In this document: positions 37,052 to 47,600 of the stretch, one piece after another
How the letters are laid out: every line of letters begins with the position of its first letter
Position numbering within the stretch: the first letter of the stretch is position 1
Virus record (IMG/VR): IMGVR_UViG_3300014501_000001
Location: 32,001 to 96,000 of that record
DNA from: a virus
Length of the DNA stretch: 64,000 bases
Direction: 5' to 3' (one strand)
The notes under the pieces: model-generated
The model's input: only the letters and a program-made list of their open reading frames with translations
The model's database searches: none
What the model was told of the DNA's origin: nothing
Made by a program: the position numbers and the translations under genes

Positions 37052-37564
37052 GTGCCCATCCTCACAGCCCAGACCTGGGTCTACAGCATCCTGAACGGGA
37101 TGCCGATCCCCGGCAACAACACGCCGCTCGCGGTGTTCGTCACCCCGCCGAACCCGGAAGAGGACCAGCTCGACCCGCACGTCTACGTCTGGCCGTCCGC
37201 AGGCTCGGAGGCCCGCGAGTCCCTGCCCCGCGCCGGGGTCCCGAGCGTGGGCACCACCCAGTCAGGGTGGAAGCAGGTCTGGCACTCCATCGACGTGTGG
37301 ATCAACTGGTTCGATGACGACAGCGACCCGACCCCGGACTTCTCCTTCCCGGTGATAGTCGATGCGGTCATGGACGTACTGCGGACCTGCCAGGACCCGG
37401 TGATGCTGACGGACCCGGTAACAGGGCGGTACTCCCAGGTGTTCGCCACCGGGGAGCGGCTCACCTACGACATTGCCATCCCCAGGGGCGTGAACGCTGA
37501 CCAGCGCATTTTGAGGTACGACGCGCGGATCGCGGCGAGAGTCGGGGAATCGTTCCAGGCATGA
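37052..37564 (+). CDS. Tail terminator-like protein
   Basis: Size and position before the tail tube gene. Confidence 0.55.
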   Translation: MPILTAQTWVYSILNGMPIPGNNTPLAVFVTPPNPEEDQLDPHVYVWPSAGSEARESLPRAGVPSVGTTQSGWKQVWHSIDVWINWFDDDSDPTPDFSFPVIVDAVMDVLRTCQDPVMLTDPVTGRYSQVFATGERLTYDIAIPRGVNADQRILRYDARIAARVGESFQA

Positions 37565-37707
37565 GCTTCAGGTTCGGCGTCGTGGAGATCGACGGCCAGA
37601 GAGTTGTCATGGATTCCGTCGATGCAATGTACGTCCGGGCGCAGCAGCGCGGCGACACGGAACTCATGAAGATCCTTGAAGAACGCGCCGAGAGGGAATC
37701 TGCCCGC

Positions 37708-37911
37708 TCAGGGCGCTACTGAGCCGTAGCCCTCGTACGGCACCGTGTCCAGCACGACGGCGCTGCCTTTCTCGCCAGCAAGGAACCATGCCACGTCCCC
37801 GGATGCTTCTTCCCCGCGCATCATGGCCGCCGTTTTCTCGTCGCTGAGTTTGCGCGGCTCGCCGCAGCCGACCTCGTACCAGCCGTCCTCGGGCGCTATC
37901 CAGTCGCTCAT
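37708..37911 (-). CDS. Counter-oriented leaderless mini-gene
   Basis: TGG-GACGAT-N6-ATG. Confidence 0.5.
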   Translation of the reverse strand: MSDWIAPEDGWYEVGCGEPRKLSDEKTAAMMRGEEASGDVAWFLAGEKGSAVVLDTVPYEGYGSVAP

Positions 37912-37947
37912 CGTTCCATCGTCCCACCATCCTCGTCCCGGAGGTGC

Positions 37948-38223
37948 ATGGCCCTTCAGACCTACGTAGGCCCGCAGGAACAGGTCTTCCCGCACTTGCG
38001 TGCCCTCGACGGGGAGCCCGGCACCCTCGTGCTGCGCCCCGGCGAGTCCTACGACTTCGGCGGCGGGCTTGAGGGCTACAAGGAACCCCCTGGTCCCGCG
38101 TGGTGGTGGAAGCCCGCAGAAGCCCCTGCGGCAGCCTCAGCGCCCGCGCCCGCGAAGGCCCCGCCTGCGGCTCCCGCGGCGGTCCCGGCAGCGGCTGGTG
38201 CCGCAGAGAAGGCGGAGGGCTGA
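37948..38223 (+). CDS. Small virion protein
   Basis: GGAGG RBS; precedes the tail tube gene. Confidence 0.6.
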   Translation: MALQTYVGPQEQVFPHLRALDGEPGTLVLRPGESYDFGGGLEGYKEPPGPAWWWKPAEAPAAASAPAPAKAPPAAPAAVPAAAGAAEKAEG

Positions 38224-38226
38224 GGC

Positions 38227-39507
38227 ATGGCACTCACCGTTCCCAGCGCCATCTACCCCTCCGAGCGGCGGTCCCTCGGGATCGCCAAGGAGGCCACTCC
38301 CGGCACGGGCGTCAACGCCGCCTACACGATCCCCGTCAAGGGCTTCGTCCCCGAGGACAAGGTCACGGGGCTGCTGGATGAGTCGCTGCGGTCCTCGATG
38401 GCCGCCGTCTACGGATACACGCAGGGTGTCTACGTCGCGGACATCACGATCGACGCATCCCCCGTTTACGGGGACACGATCGGGCACATGCTCCTCAATG
38501 TCCTCGGGGACTACACGGCGCAGGGCACCCCGTCCGGGACGATCACGACCACGGTCAACAACGGGCCGGGCTACCCCGCCGGCACGACCGGGGCCATCAC
38601 CATTACGGCGGGCAGTGGGTTCAGCGCCGGGTTCGTGCAACTCGGCACCACGACCACGGCCGAGGTCGTCCAGATCACCGGGGCGACCTCCACGACGGCC
38701 ACGATCGCGACGACCACGCCGACGCGGCTGGCGCACGCCAACGCCGCTGCCATCACGCAGGTCACGGGGCCTTACGCCCATGTGTTCAGTGAGCTGAACG
38801 GGACCGGGAACTGCCAGCCGCCCACCCACACTCTCACCGACGCTAATTATATCAATAGCGTCTTTTCCCGTTGGTATCCGATGAGCTGTTTCTCGGAGAT
38901 CACATTGACGGGCAACGCCGAGGGCATCCTCATGTGGTCCGGGAAGGCCATGGGGTTCGCCAACTCGATCCCCGGCACCGCACCGACCGTCAACGTGTCC
39001 ACGGTGGCACAGCAGCCGGCGTGGAACTCGCAGGTGGGCATCGGCGGAACGGTGGCAGGCTCGCCGGTGTATAACGTGGGCGAGTGGGAGTACACCATCA
39101 CAAGAGTGGTGGAACCATATTTTACGGCGGATGGCAGCCAAAATCCGTACGTAATAGGGCGAGGCAAGCTTTCGGCGGCAACCAAGGTCAACTTTGCCCC
39201 GGCCGCAATCCAGGCATCCCAGTCATCGCCGTACAACGCCGGCGACTACGAATTGCTGGAACTTCTGAACAACAACCAGCCGCAGACGCAGGTGATCGCG
39301 ACCAACGGGCTGGCCAGCACGAACCTGGTCAAGCTCCAGATCGACAGCCAGGTAACAGCCTTCGAGACCAGCGTCATCGAGCCGAGTAAGGCTTTGCTGG
39401 GTTTCAACAACACGGCTGAGCTGATCGCCAACACGACGAATACGGGCAATAGTGCTGGATTCAGCCCAATACAGGTGACTCTGGTCAACAACCTGCCCAC
39501 ATTCTAA
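38227..39507 (+). CDS. Major tail tube protein
   Basis: LGIAKEATPG N-terminal motif; upstream of chaperones and tape measure. Confidence 0.8.
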   Translation: MALTVPSAIYPSERRSLGIAKEATPGTGVNAAYTIPVKGFVPEDKVTGLLDESLRSSMAAVYGYTQGVYVADITIDASPVYGDTIGHMLLNVLGDYTAQGTPSGTITTTVNNGPGYPAGTTGAITITAGSGFSAGFVQLGTTTTAEVVQITGATSTTATIATTTPTRLAHANAAAITQVTGPYAHVFSELNGTGNCQPPTHTLTDANYINSVFSRWYPMSCFSEITLTGNAEGILMWSGKAMGFANSIPGTAPTVNVSTVAQQPAWNSQVGIGGTVAGSPVYNVGEWEYTITRVVEPYFTADGSQNPYVIGRGKLSAATKVNFAPAAIQASQSSPYNAGDYELLELLNNNQPQTQVIATNGLASTNLVKLQIDSQVTAFETSVIEPSKALLGFNNTAELIANTTNTGNSAGFSPIQVTLVNNLPTF

Positions 39508-39533
39508 GACAAACCGGACAACTGGAGACGCAT

Positions 39534-40099
39534 GTGGCACACGTAGAACTCCCTGACGGGCAGTCGGCCGAACTCAAGGACCCGGACAGCCTGACCGGCG
39601 AGGACGAGGTGAAGGTCCGGTCAGCGGTCAAGATCAGGGGCGCCGGGGAGGATGACGGCGGGGAGAAATCCGAGGGCTTCACCGCCACGGCGGCCGGGAC
39701 GACGCTGATGGAGTACGCGATGCTGGCCCGCGTCATCACGTCCTGGTCCCTGCCGCAGCCGATTAACGTGCTGAATATCAGGGCGCTGAAACTGTCGCAG
39801 CTGCGCCCGCTCCGTGCCGCGATCAAGCCGCACATGGAGGAGCTGGCGAACGACCCAAACGACCAGAGCGCTGGAGAGACAGATACCGCCTCCTAGCGCT
39901 CCTCCAGGGCAAGGAAGGACCGCTGCCGTCCGACCTGGACGAGTGGGACGTGCGGTGCATCGCCCTGTATGCGAGGAACCAGAACTGGACTCCTGACGTG
40001 ATCCGGTCTATCCCGCTGCGGCACTGGCGCTACCTGCCGACGCTCTGGGAAGCGCTGGCGGCGATGCAGGACCCTGACCGGCCGGGAAACAAGCGCTAG
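39534..40099 (+). CDS. Tail assembly chaperones (39534..39896, and a -1 frameshift extension to 40099)
   Basis: Slippery C CCA AAC at 39854-39860; -1 frame open with WTPDVIRSIPL motif. Confidence 0.8.
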
Positions 40100-40272
40100 C
40101 GGGCCACGCGCTCGTCCCATCCTGCGGGTAGCTGCCGGTCGCAGCCGGGGCACAGCCACGCGACGGTCTCGCCGCTGGCGATGTTAACCGGCACGGCGCC
40201 TGCGTGAGCACACGGCCCGAGGACGGCACTCAGCCGGGCGTAGCCGAGTTCGAGGTCAGCCATGGTGGTCAC
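40096..40272 (-). CDS. Counter-oriented leaderless mini-gene with Cys motif
   Basis: TGG-GAGAAT-N6-GTG. Confidence 0.5.
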   Translation of the reverse strand: MTTMADLELGYARLSAVLGPCAHAGAVPVNIASGETVAWLCPGCDRQLPAGWDERVAR

Positions 40273-40305
40273 CCGCTCATTCTCCCACGCTGAGGCGGTG
40301 AGCGC

Positions 40306-40794
40306 ATAGCCACCTTCGCGGAGCATGTCGCGGCGATCGGCCGCCTGGAGGGGGCCGCTAACCCCGGCGCGGAAATGGCCGCGAACAACATGGCGGACGC
40401 CTTCAGGCCGGCCGTGCAGAGCGTCCTGCTGGCCCGCAGTCACGCCTTCTCGACGCAGACCCCCTCGCAGCCCGGGACGCCCCCGGCGGCTATCTCCGGG
40501 GCGCTGGCGGGGTCGATGCTGAATGACGCGGCGATCGAGATAGCCCCGGAGACGTGGCGGTCCCGGTCTGGCCCGACTACCCGGTACGGGCGGATCCAGG
40601 AACTCGGGGGCTGGATGTCCGGCCACCCGGAGATGCACTGGATGCAGCCGCCGGGAATCTGGCATCACAGCACGGGGCATGCACTGCCGCCCCGGCCGTA
40701 CCTCAAGCCGACGCTTGACCTGCTCGCGGGTGACGGGACGCTGACGGAGGCTGCGGCCGAGGGTTTCGGGGCCGCGCTGCGAGCGGTGGTTTAG
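40306..40794 (+). CDS. HK97 gp10-like tail completion protein; start at ATA 40306 or ATG 40375
   Basis: PGTPPAAISGAL..S, YGRIQELGG, PPRPYLKP motifs. Confidence 0.7.
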   Translation: MATFAEHVAAIGRLEGAANPGAEMAANNMADAFRPAVQSVLLARSHAFSTQTPSQPGTPPAAISGALAGSMLNDAAIEIAPETWRSRSGPTTRYGRIQELGGWMSGHPEMHWMQPPGIWHHSTGHALPPRPYLKPTLDLLAGDGTLTEAAAEGFGAALRAVV

Positions 40795-40800
40795 GGCGTT

Positions 40801-43746
40801 ATGGCCGATTATCTCGAACCGGTCCTGGCAACATTCATCGCGGACGCAAACCGGTACCTCGGCCCGGTGAAAGACATGCGGACGGCTGCCCTGCTGGCCG
40901 AGAAGGCCAATGACGCCCTGATGGAGTCCTGCGTACGCCTCGATGACGTCCTCGATGACGTGTCCCTCTCAGCGGGCGCGGCGGCGCGGGAAATGAACGA
41001 CCTGCGGAACGCCGTGGGCGAGGCGGCGCTGGCGGATTCCCGGCTCGTCTCCGAGATGAACGACCTGCGGACTGCCGTCGCGGAGAACACGATCGCCGTT
41101 AACACCCTGGCAGGCCGGGTCAATGACCTGCGGACCTCATTCATCACGGCTGCTGCTGCCGCCGCCGCGCTGGGGAAGGCATCGGATGCTGCCGGGGGGC
41201 GGGCCGCAGTGGCGGGCGCGGGCATGCGCCTGTTCGGCACCGGCATCCGCCTGACCGGGAACGCGATCCACTGGCTGATCGCCGGGACCACCGAGTTCCT
41301 CGCCGTCGCCATCCCCGCCACGGTCGCCGCCGGGGCCTGGGCTGCCGCATGGGCCCAGGGCGCGCAGAACGTGGAGCAGCACATGACGGCCGTCTACACG
41401 GCCACTGAGGCCACGTCGAAGATGTTCCATGTCACGGCCGGGCAGGCGGTCGGCCTCGGGGATGCCCTGCAGAAAGCCCAGAATGCCGCTAACCCGAACG
41501 TGTACCAGGCGCTCGGCTCGGCCGTGCTCATCATCAGGGAGCGGTTCACCGGGCTAGCGCAGGTAGGCGTGCGGGTCGGGCGGATCTTCGACGGCTTCGC
41601 GGCGAAACTTGTCTATGACTTCTCGGCGGCAGGAGGGGCCGGGGCGAAGCTGACGGGGCTGCTGTCAGACGCGGTTCCCGATCTGGTCATGTTCGGGCAG
41701 ATCTTCGGCAACATCGGGCATGCCCTGCTGAATTTCGCGTCCGACATGCCGGGGCTCGCGGAGGGGCTGCTGCTGTTCCTCGATGCCGTGTCGCGGGTGA
41801 TCCTTGCCATCTCGAAGCTGCCCCGCTACGTGATCATGGGCGCGATGGCGTTCGAGGAGTTCAATCGCTGGGGCGGCCTGGCGGTCACGGTCCTGGGGAA
41901 GCTCGGGTTCTCCACCACGGCACTGTCGGGCGGGTTCTTCAGCCTTGAGCGGGCCAGCGGCGTCTTCATGAACATCTTCCGCGCGCTGCCGCTGGCCCTC
42001 GCCGCCGGAATCCAGAAGCTCGGCGATTTCATCATGACCATCGGGCCCTTCGACGGGAAGATCAACGCCGCCGGCCAGAGCGTGCTCATGTTCGGGCAGG
42101 ATCTTGAGGAAGGCATCGCCGGCATGTCCGTGGGGGCGGCGCTGGGGATTACCGCCGTTACCGCGGCGATGGGGTTCCTGATCTACAAGGCCGTCACGGC
42201 GAAGACGGCCGCGCAGGACTTCGCGGCGTCCTTGCAGGGTATCGCCAACAAGGCATCCAACTTCCAGGTGCTCAACGTGCTGGCCGCCAACATGGGGGTC
42301 CTGCACGAGAAGGCGCAGGCGGCACAGAGTTCCGTCAGCAGGCTGAATGGGGTGCTGGCGGCCGGGCACGCGGCGGGGCAGTACAGCACCAACCTGCGGT
42401 CCGTGGGCGCCGCGCTGGCCATGGACACGCAGACCGCGAATACCTTCACCGCCGCGCAGCAGAGCATGGACAGGCAGTTCGTCACGGTCGGGCGGCACGC
42501 CGGGGACCTCGCAGGCACCTACCACACGACTCTCCTTGGCGCGATGGCGCTCGCCACGACCGCCGGGGTGAAGCTGAACGCGACCATGAGCAAGCAGGCG
42601 TGGGCGATGGCGCAGATCAAGATCGCCTCCCTGGTGCAGGGCTACCGGTCGATGGGCCAGCCGATGGGCGTCGTCGGCTCCGACATGACGGCGCTTGCGA
42701 TCCAGTCCGGGCTCGCCGCGACGAAGGTGTCCGCGCTGAACCAGGCGTGGGACGAGTTCATGCAGAACCTCACCGGGGGAACTTCCGGCCTCGCCGGGTT
42801 CGTGACCTCCATGAAGAACATCGGCCAGGTCGCGGGCACGACGAGCAATAACCTGGCCACCTCGACGGGCAGCATGACGCTGAGCACGAAGCAGTTCGCG
42901 GATGCCCTGACCCATTACACGGCCAGGGGCGCGTCGGCGTGGACGAACTTCGACCAGGTGGTCGGGTCCACCATCCCGCAGGTGACCGACTGGCTGCGGA
43001 CCGCCGGCGCGGAGGGCGCGATCTCCGGGGCGAAGTTCACGCAGGCCATCCTCGGCATGGTCAGGCCGCTGATCCCGCTCGCCGCCAAGAGCAAGGCGGC
43101 GCAGGCCGAGATTCTCGGGCTCGTCCAGCAGGCCGACCCGGCCGTGAAGACGTGGGGCCAGCTGTCCAAGGCCATCAAGGACGCCGGGGCTTCGACTTCC
43201 CAGACCGGGAAGGACATCAACGGGGCGACGATCAAGATGGGCAACATGGCGCAGGTCGCCCAGCAGCTCGGGAACGTGCTGTCCGCCGACCTCAACAACA
43301 TGATGGCCGAGGCCCGGCTGAAAGTGTCCGGGGTGTCGCAGGCACTGGTGACCTACGACCAGAAAATCCGCGACGGCACGTCCGGCACGCTCAGCGGCCA
43401 CAGGGCGCTGCAGACGCTCATCAAGGACATCATGTGGGCGACCGGCGACACGTACAAGCAGGCCGCCGCGCTGGCGAAGCTCCAGGCCCAGTGGAACAAC
43501 TGGCACCCGGCGACGAAGACCCTGACCACGGACCTGGTGACCAGCGGATCGGTCCCCGGCTCGGGGGGGCGCCACTTCACCGGGGGGCAGCCCGGCACCG
43601 GCAACTCGGTGATGATCGTCCACCAGCACATCGCCGGGTCAGTGCTCTCTGATCAGCAGCTTGCCCGCGCCGCTCAGGGCGCCGGGCTGCGGAAGACGCG
43701 GAGAAACGGGTCAACGATGACTTACATCCCGGGTCGCCTGCACTAG
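40801..43746 (+). CDS. Tape measure protein
   Basis: 981 aa, Ala/Gly-rich helical, hydrophobic stretches; follows the chaperones. Confidence 0.85.
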   Translation: MADYLEPVLATFIADANRYLGPVKDMRTAALLAEKANDALMESCVRLDDVLDDVSLSAGAAAREMNDLRNAVGEAALADSRLVSEMNDLRTAVAENTIAVNTLAGRVNDLRTSFITAAAAAAALGKASDAAGGRAAVAGAGMRLFGTGIRLTGNAIHWLIAGTTEFLAVAIPATVAAGAWAAAWAQGAQNVEQHMTAVYTATEATSKMFHVTAGQAVGLGDALQKAQNAANPNVYQALGSAVLIIRERFTGLAQVGVRVGRIFDGFAAKLVYDFSAAGGAGAKLTGLLSDAVPDLVMFGQIFGNIGHALLNFASDMPGLAEGLLLFLDAVSRVILAISKLPRYVIMGAMAFEEFNRWGGLAVTVLGKLGFSTTALSGGFFSLERASGVFMNIFRALPLALAAGIQKLGDFIMTIGPFDGKINAAGQSVLMFGQDLEEGIAGMSVGAALGITAVTAAMGFLIYKAVTAKTAAQDFAASLQGIANKASNFQVLNVLAANMGVLHEKAQAAQSSVSRLNGVLAAGHAAGQYSTNLRSVGAALAMDTQTANTFTAAQQSMDRQFVTVGRHAGDLAGTYHTTLLGAMALATTAGVKLNATMSKQAWAMAQIKIASLVQGYRSMGQPMGVVGSDMTALAIQSGLAATKVSALNQAWDEFMQNLTGGTSGLAGFVTSMKNIGQVAGTTSNNLATSTGSMTLSTKQFADALTHYTARGASAWTNFDQVVGSTIPQVTDWLRTAGAEGAISGAKFTQAILGMVRPLIPLAAKSKAAQAEILGLVQQADPAVKTWGQLSKAIKDAGASTSQTGKDINGATIKMGNMAQVAQQLGNVLSADLNNMMAEARLKVSGVSQALVTYDQKIRDGTSGTLSGHRALQTLIKDIMWATGDTYKQAAALAKLQAQWNNWHPATKTLTTDLVTSGSVPGSGGRHFTGGQPGTGNSVMIVHQHIAGSVLSDQQLARAAQGAGLRKTRRNGSTMTYIPGRLH

Positions 43747-43832
43747 CGCGGATCCCCCGCACCGCCTTTCCCTTCCCCTGTTACCGGCGCGCGGGTCCTT
43801 CTCCCGTGGCTGACGCGAGAGGACCCCCGCAG

Positions 43833-44294
43833 ATGGCCCTGACCCCGCACGTCTTCCCCCAGTTCGCCATCGGGCTCGGCGTCGGCGACATCGCTCTTAC
43901 CGGCGGCACGTACAAGGTCGCGCTGTCCGACGCCGCCGGGCCGATCGGGCTGAGCACGTCGGGTGTCTCGACGGCGAAGCTGTTTACCGACTGGACCAGC
44001 AACGTCGCCGCGGAGATCACCGGGACCGGCTACACGGCGGGAGGCGTGGCCGTATCCTCGCCGACTTTCACGGCGGGAGGTTCGAACAACACTGTCGCGA
44101 CCTGGACGAGCGCCTCCAACCCGCAGTGGACCAGCGCGACGTTCACGGCCAACCAGGCGATCTACTACGAGAGCACCGCGTCCACCTATCAGCTGATCTG
44201 CTTCTGGGATTTCGGCGGCGCGGTCACCGTCACATCCTCGACATTTACGCTGACAATAAACGGGTCAGGACTTCTCACGGCAACGGCATCGTAA
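43833..44294 (+). CDS. Minor tail protein
   Basis: YKVAL, EITGTGYTAGG, LICFWDFG motifs. Confidence 0.7.
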   Translation: MALTPHVFPQFAIGLGVGDIALTGGTYKVALSDAAGPIGLSTSGVSTAKLFTDWTSNVAAEITGTGYTAGGVAVSSPTFTAGGSNNTVATWTSASNPQWTSATFTANQAIYYESTASTYQLICFWDFGGAVTVTSSTFTLTINGSGLLTATAS

Positions 44295-44298
44295 TCCG

Positions 44299-44661
44299 GT
44301 GGATGCCGCCGCGAGGGAACTCCTGGACGCCTGCGCCCCGCACGTGCCGACCGCGCTCCTGGCGCACCTGTACCGGCTCGGGGAGCCGTTCCCGGAGCAG
44401 GCCGAACCCCGTCCGGAACGCGATCTGGCCTGGATCCTGGGGCGGGTCACCTGCCTGGGCTGCGAACTCCACGGCGACGGCTACCTGCGGTTCTGGTGCG
44501 ATGACTGCCATTCGGTGATGTTCCAGCCGTTCACTGACCGGGGGGTAGCGCACGGGCTCCGGGTGGACATCCACCACAAGCCGGACTGCTGCGCCGAGCG
44601 GAAGATCAGGTACGAGGCAACCGGGATACCGCCGGTGTGGCCTGACCGGCTGGACGAGTAG
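44299..44661 (+). CDS. Hypothetical Cys/His-rich protein
   Basis: Fills the gap between tail genes. Confidence 0.5.
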   Translation: MDAAARELLDACAPHVPTALLAHLYRLGEPFPEQAEPRPERDLAWILGRVTCLGCELHGDGYLRFWCDDCHSVMFQPFTDRGVAHGLRVDIHHKPDCCAERKIRYEATGIPPVWPDRLDE

Positions 44662-44663
44662 TA

Positions 44664-47600
44664 GTGGCCACCTTCACCTGGACGCAGGCGGTCGCCGGGA
44701 CGTATACGTGGGTGTGCCCTGCGGGGGTTACGGCTGCGCAGGTGGAGTGCGTCGCGGGCGGCGCGGGCGGCGCCGGCGGGTCGTCGGGGTCAGCTGCGGG
44801 TTCCGGCGGCGGCGGCGGCGAGTACGCGGCCGAGCCTGCGCAATCCGTCACGGCGGGCTCGTCGTACACGGTTGTCGTCGGCGCGGCGGGGACTGCGGGG
44901 GCGACCGCCGGCGGCACGGGAGGCGCTGGCGGGAACTCGACGTTCGCGGCCACGTCCGTCGTCGCCCACGGCGGCACCGGGGGAACCTCCAGCGGCTCCG
45001 GGGGCGGGGCGGGCGGCACCGGGTCATCTAACACGACGCACAATAACGGCGGCGCGGGCGGCGGTCACGGCGGGAAGTCCGATGGCGGCGGCGGCGGCGG
45101 CGGCTCAGGCGGCTCGGGGTCGGCGGGGAACGCGGGCGCGGCTTCGTCGTCCTCGACGGGCGGCGCGGGCGGCACGGCGGTCACCGGCGGCGGCCCGGGC
45201 GGCGCGGGCGGCACCAGCACGGCTGCCGGGAATGCGCCCGCGTCGGGTCCCGGCGGGGCGGGCGGCGGCGGCGGGGATGCCAGCGTGGCGGGCGGCGCGG
45301 GCAAGCCGGGCCGGGTCATCATCACGGTCACGATCCTCTCGCCTGCCCTGTTCACCTCCGCTGACACCGCCTGGGCGTTCGTGGTCCCGGCGGGGATCAC
45401 GGCGATTCACGCGGAATGCTGGGGCGGCGGCGCCGGGGGTTTCCAGGCCGGCACCTCGGGCGGGGCGGGCGGCGGCGGCGGTGCCTATGCGGGCGAGCCC
45501 TCACTAGCCGTCACGGCAGCCGGCTCCTACCCGTTCACGATCGGCGCCGGCGGGGCGGCGAACGCCTCGGGCACGAGCTCGGTTTTCGCCGGCGACGCTG
45601 TAACGGTCACCGCTAACCACGGCGTGGTCTCGGCGGCGGACGGGACCGGCGGCGCGGGCGGGGCGGCAGGATCGAACACGGCTGCCTTCGCGGGCGGCGC
45701 CGGCGGCACGAACGGGACCACGGGCGGCGGCGGCGGCGGCGGTTCCGGAGGCACGGCTGCCGGGGGCAATACCGGGTCTAACGGCTCCACTGTCACGGGC
45801 GGGTCCGGGGCCACGGCGGTCACCGGCGGCGGCCCGGGCGGCGGCGGAGGCAGCGCCGGCGGTCCCGGTTCGGCGCCCGCATCGGGGCCGGGCGGCGGCG
45901 GCGGCGGGGCCGGCTACACGAGCACCACGAACGGCGCCGGGTTCGCGGGCCAGGTTCAGCTGACCTGGGGCACCGGGGTAACCGGCGCCGTCTCGGCCCT
46001 CGCCCTCGCTGCTCCCGCCGGGTCGGTCAGCGCCGGGGCAACCGTCGCGGGCGCCGTCGCCGGCCTCACCTTCGCGGCTCCCGCCGGGTCGGTCGTCACC
46101 GGGATCAGCGTCGCCGGGCAGGTCGCGGGCCTCACCTTCGCGGCCCCGGCAGGCTCGGTGAGTGCCGGGGCCACGGTCGCGGGGGCCACGGCTGCCCTGA
46201 CCCTGGCGGCGCCGGGCGGGTCGGTCACCGCAGGGGCATCCGCGGCGCTCACGGTCAGCGTGGCCGGGTCCGCGTCGTTCGCTTTCCCGCTCACCGCCGC
46301 CGGCATCCCCGATCCGGGCACTCTCTCCCTGCCCGTACCCGTCAGTAACTTCACCGGGGACTGGCTGTTCGCGATCATCTCGTGGCGGCAGGCACCCGGC
46401 ACCCCGCCGGTCACCTGGTCCGTGGGAGACGACGCCCTGGGCCTTACCGGGACGCCGGGCCACAACTGGTGGGACCCGCTCGGCAACCCCGCCGGGACCT
46501 CCAGCGGCTCCGGGGTGACCCGTACCGCGGTCTGGGTGGCTCCCGCCGCGAGGGCCTGCTCGACCGTTTACATCGCGCCCACGGATTTCTACCTGTCCGT
46601 GGCGTGCACGGTGCTGGACGTTGCCGGGATGCAGCCCTGGTACACCCTGACCGGGATCGACACGGCGTACGTGAACTCGGCGCTGTCGCTGCCCGGCCTG
46701 ACCCTCGGGGCGCCTTCGGGGCCGGCGTTCCTGATCACCGCCTGCTCCTCCGACGTGATCACTGACACGATCAGCCGGTCCGGCGCCGGCTGGACGTCCC
46801 TGCCGACCCTCACCGCGACGAACGGCACGGACCTCACCTCCGACCTCAAGCAGACCCCCGCGTGGCAGGTCACTTCCTCGTCGTCGTCGGCGGGGTACTC
46901 CAGTTCCTCCGGCCAGGATCTGTCCGGGGTCCTCGGCGGGGTCCTGGTGTCGGCGCAGAAGCCGGGCCAGCCGTCCCGGTACTGGCCGGTGACCATCGCG
47001 GAGATGGCGCCCGGCTCCGGGATAGGGTCGCCGCCGGACACGCTGGCCTGGGTCGCGACGACGGCGCGGTACCTGAAGATGTCCGTCACCCAGGGCCGCC
47101 AGTACGAGCTTGCGACCCTGTCCACGGGCGAGGGCACGCTGCTGCTCGACAACCCCGACGGGGCGCTCCTGCCGCCGGGGACGGGCAATTTCGCGGGGAT
47201 CACGGCGGGGACGCCGTACCGGCTGCGGACGGCGTGGCCGGGCGGCGCGTGGCAGGTGTCGTTCCACGGCAACGGCTCCACTGCCGCGCCGCGGATCAGC
47301 ACCGGGAACATCTACCCCGCCGCTGCCGGGACCGTTTACTCGGCGTCGGCGTGGCTGTCGTGCTCGCCGTACTACGCCTCCGGCTGCCACCTGACGATGA
47401 ACTTCCGGCAGTCCGGCGGCACGTTCATCTCCGCGGTGTCGTCCTCCAGCGTGACCGGGCTCGCCGCCGCGCTGGCCACCGTCTCCGGGACGGCGCCGGC
47501 GAACACGGGCCTGATCGAGCTGGTCATCGCCGCCACGGGCACCCCGGCATCGACGGTGACGTTCTACGCCGCTGCCGTGTTCTCCTCCGGCAGCCCCGGC

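Noticed and set aside
37870-37905. WIAPEDGWYEV resembling tail protein WLAPFSGWYEI, as a further mimic
   Set aside because: Too short to distinguish from chance.
40230-40263. GYARLS in a mini-gene resembling the serine recombinase catalytic motif
   Set aside because: Five-residue match only; the rest is an unrelated small Cys protein.
44700-46260. GGC-rich repeats as a CRISPR array or VNTR
   Set aside because: They encode Gly-rich and Ala/Val repeat domains of the tail protein; there is no repeat-spacer pattern.
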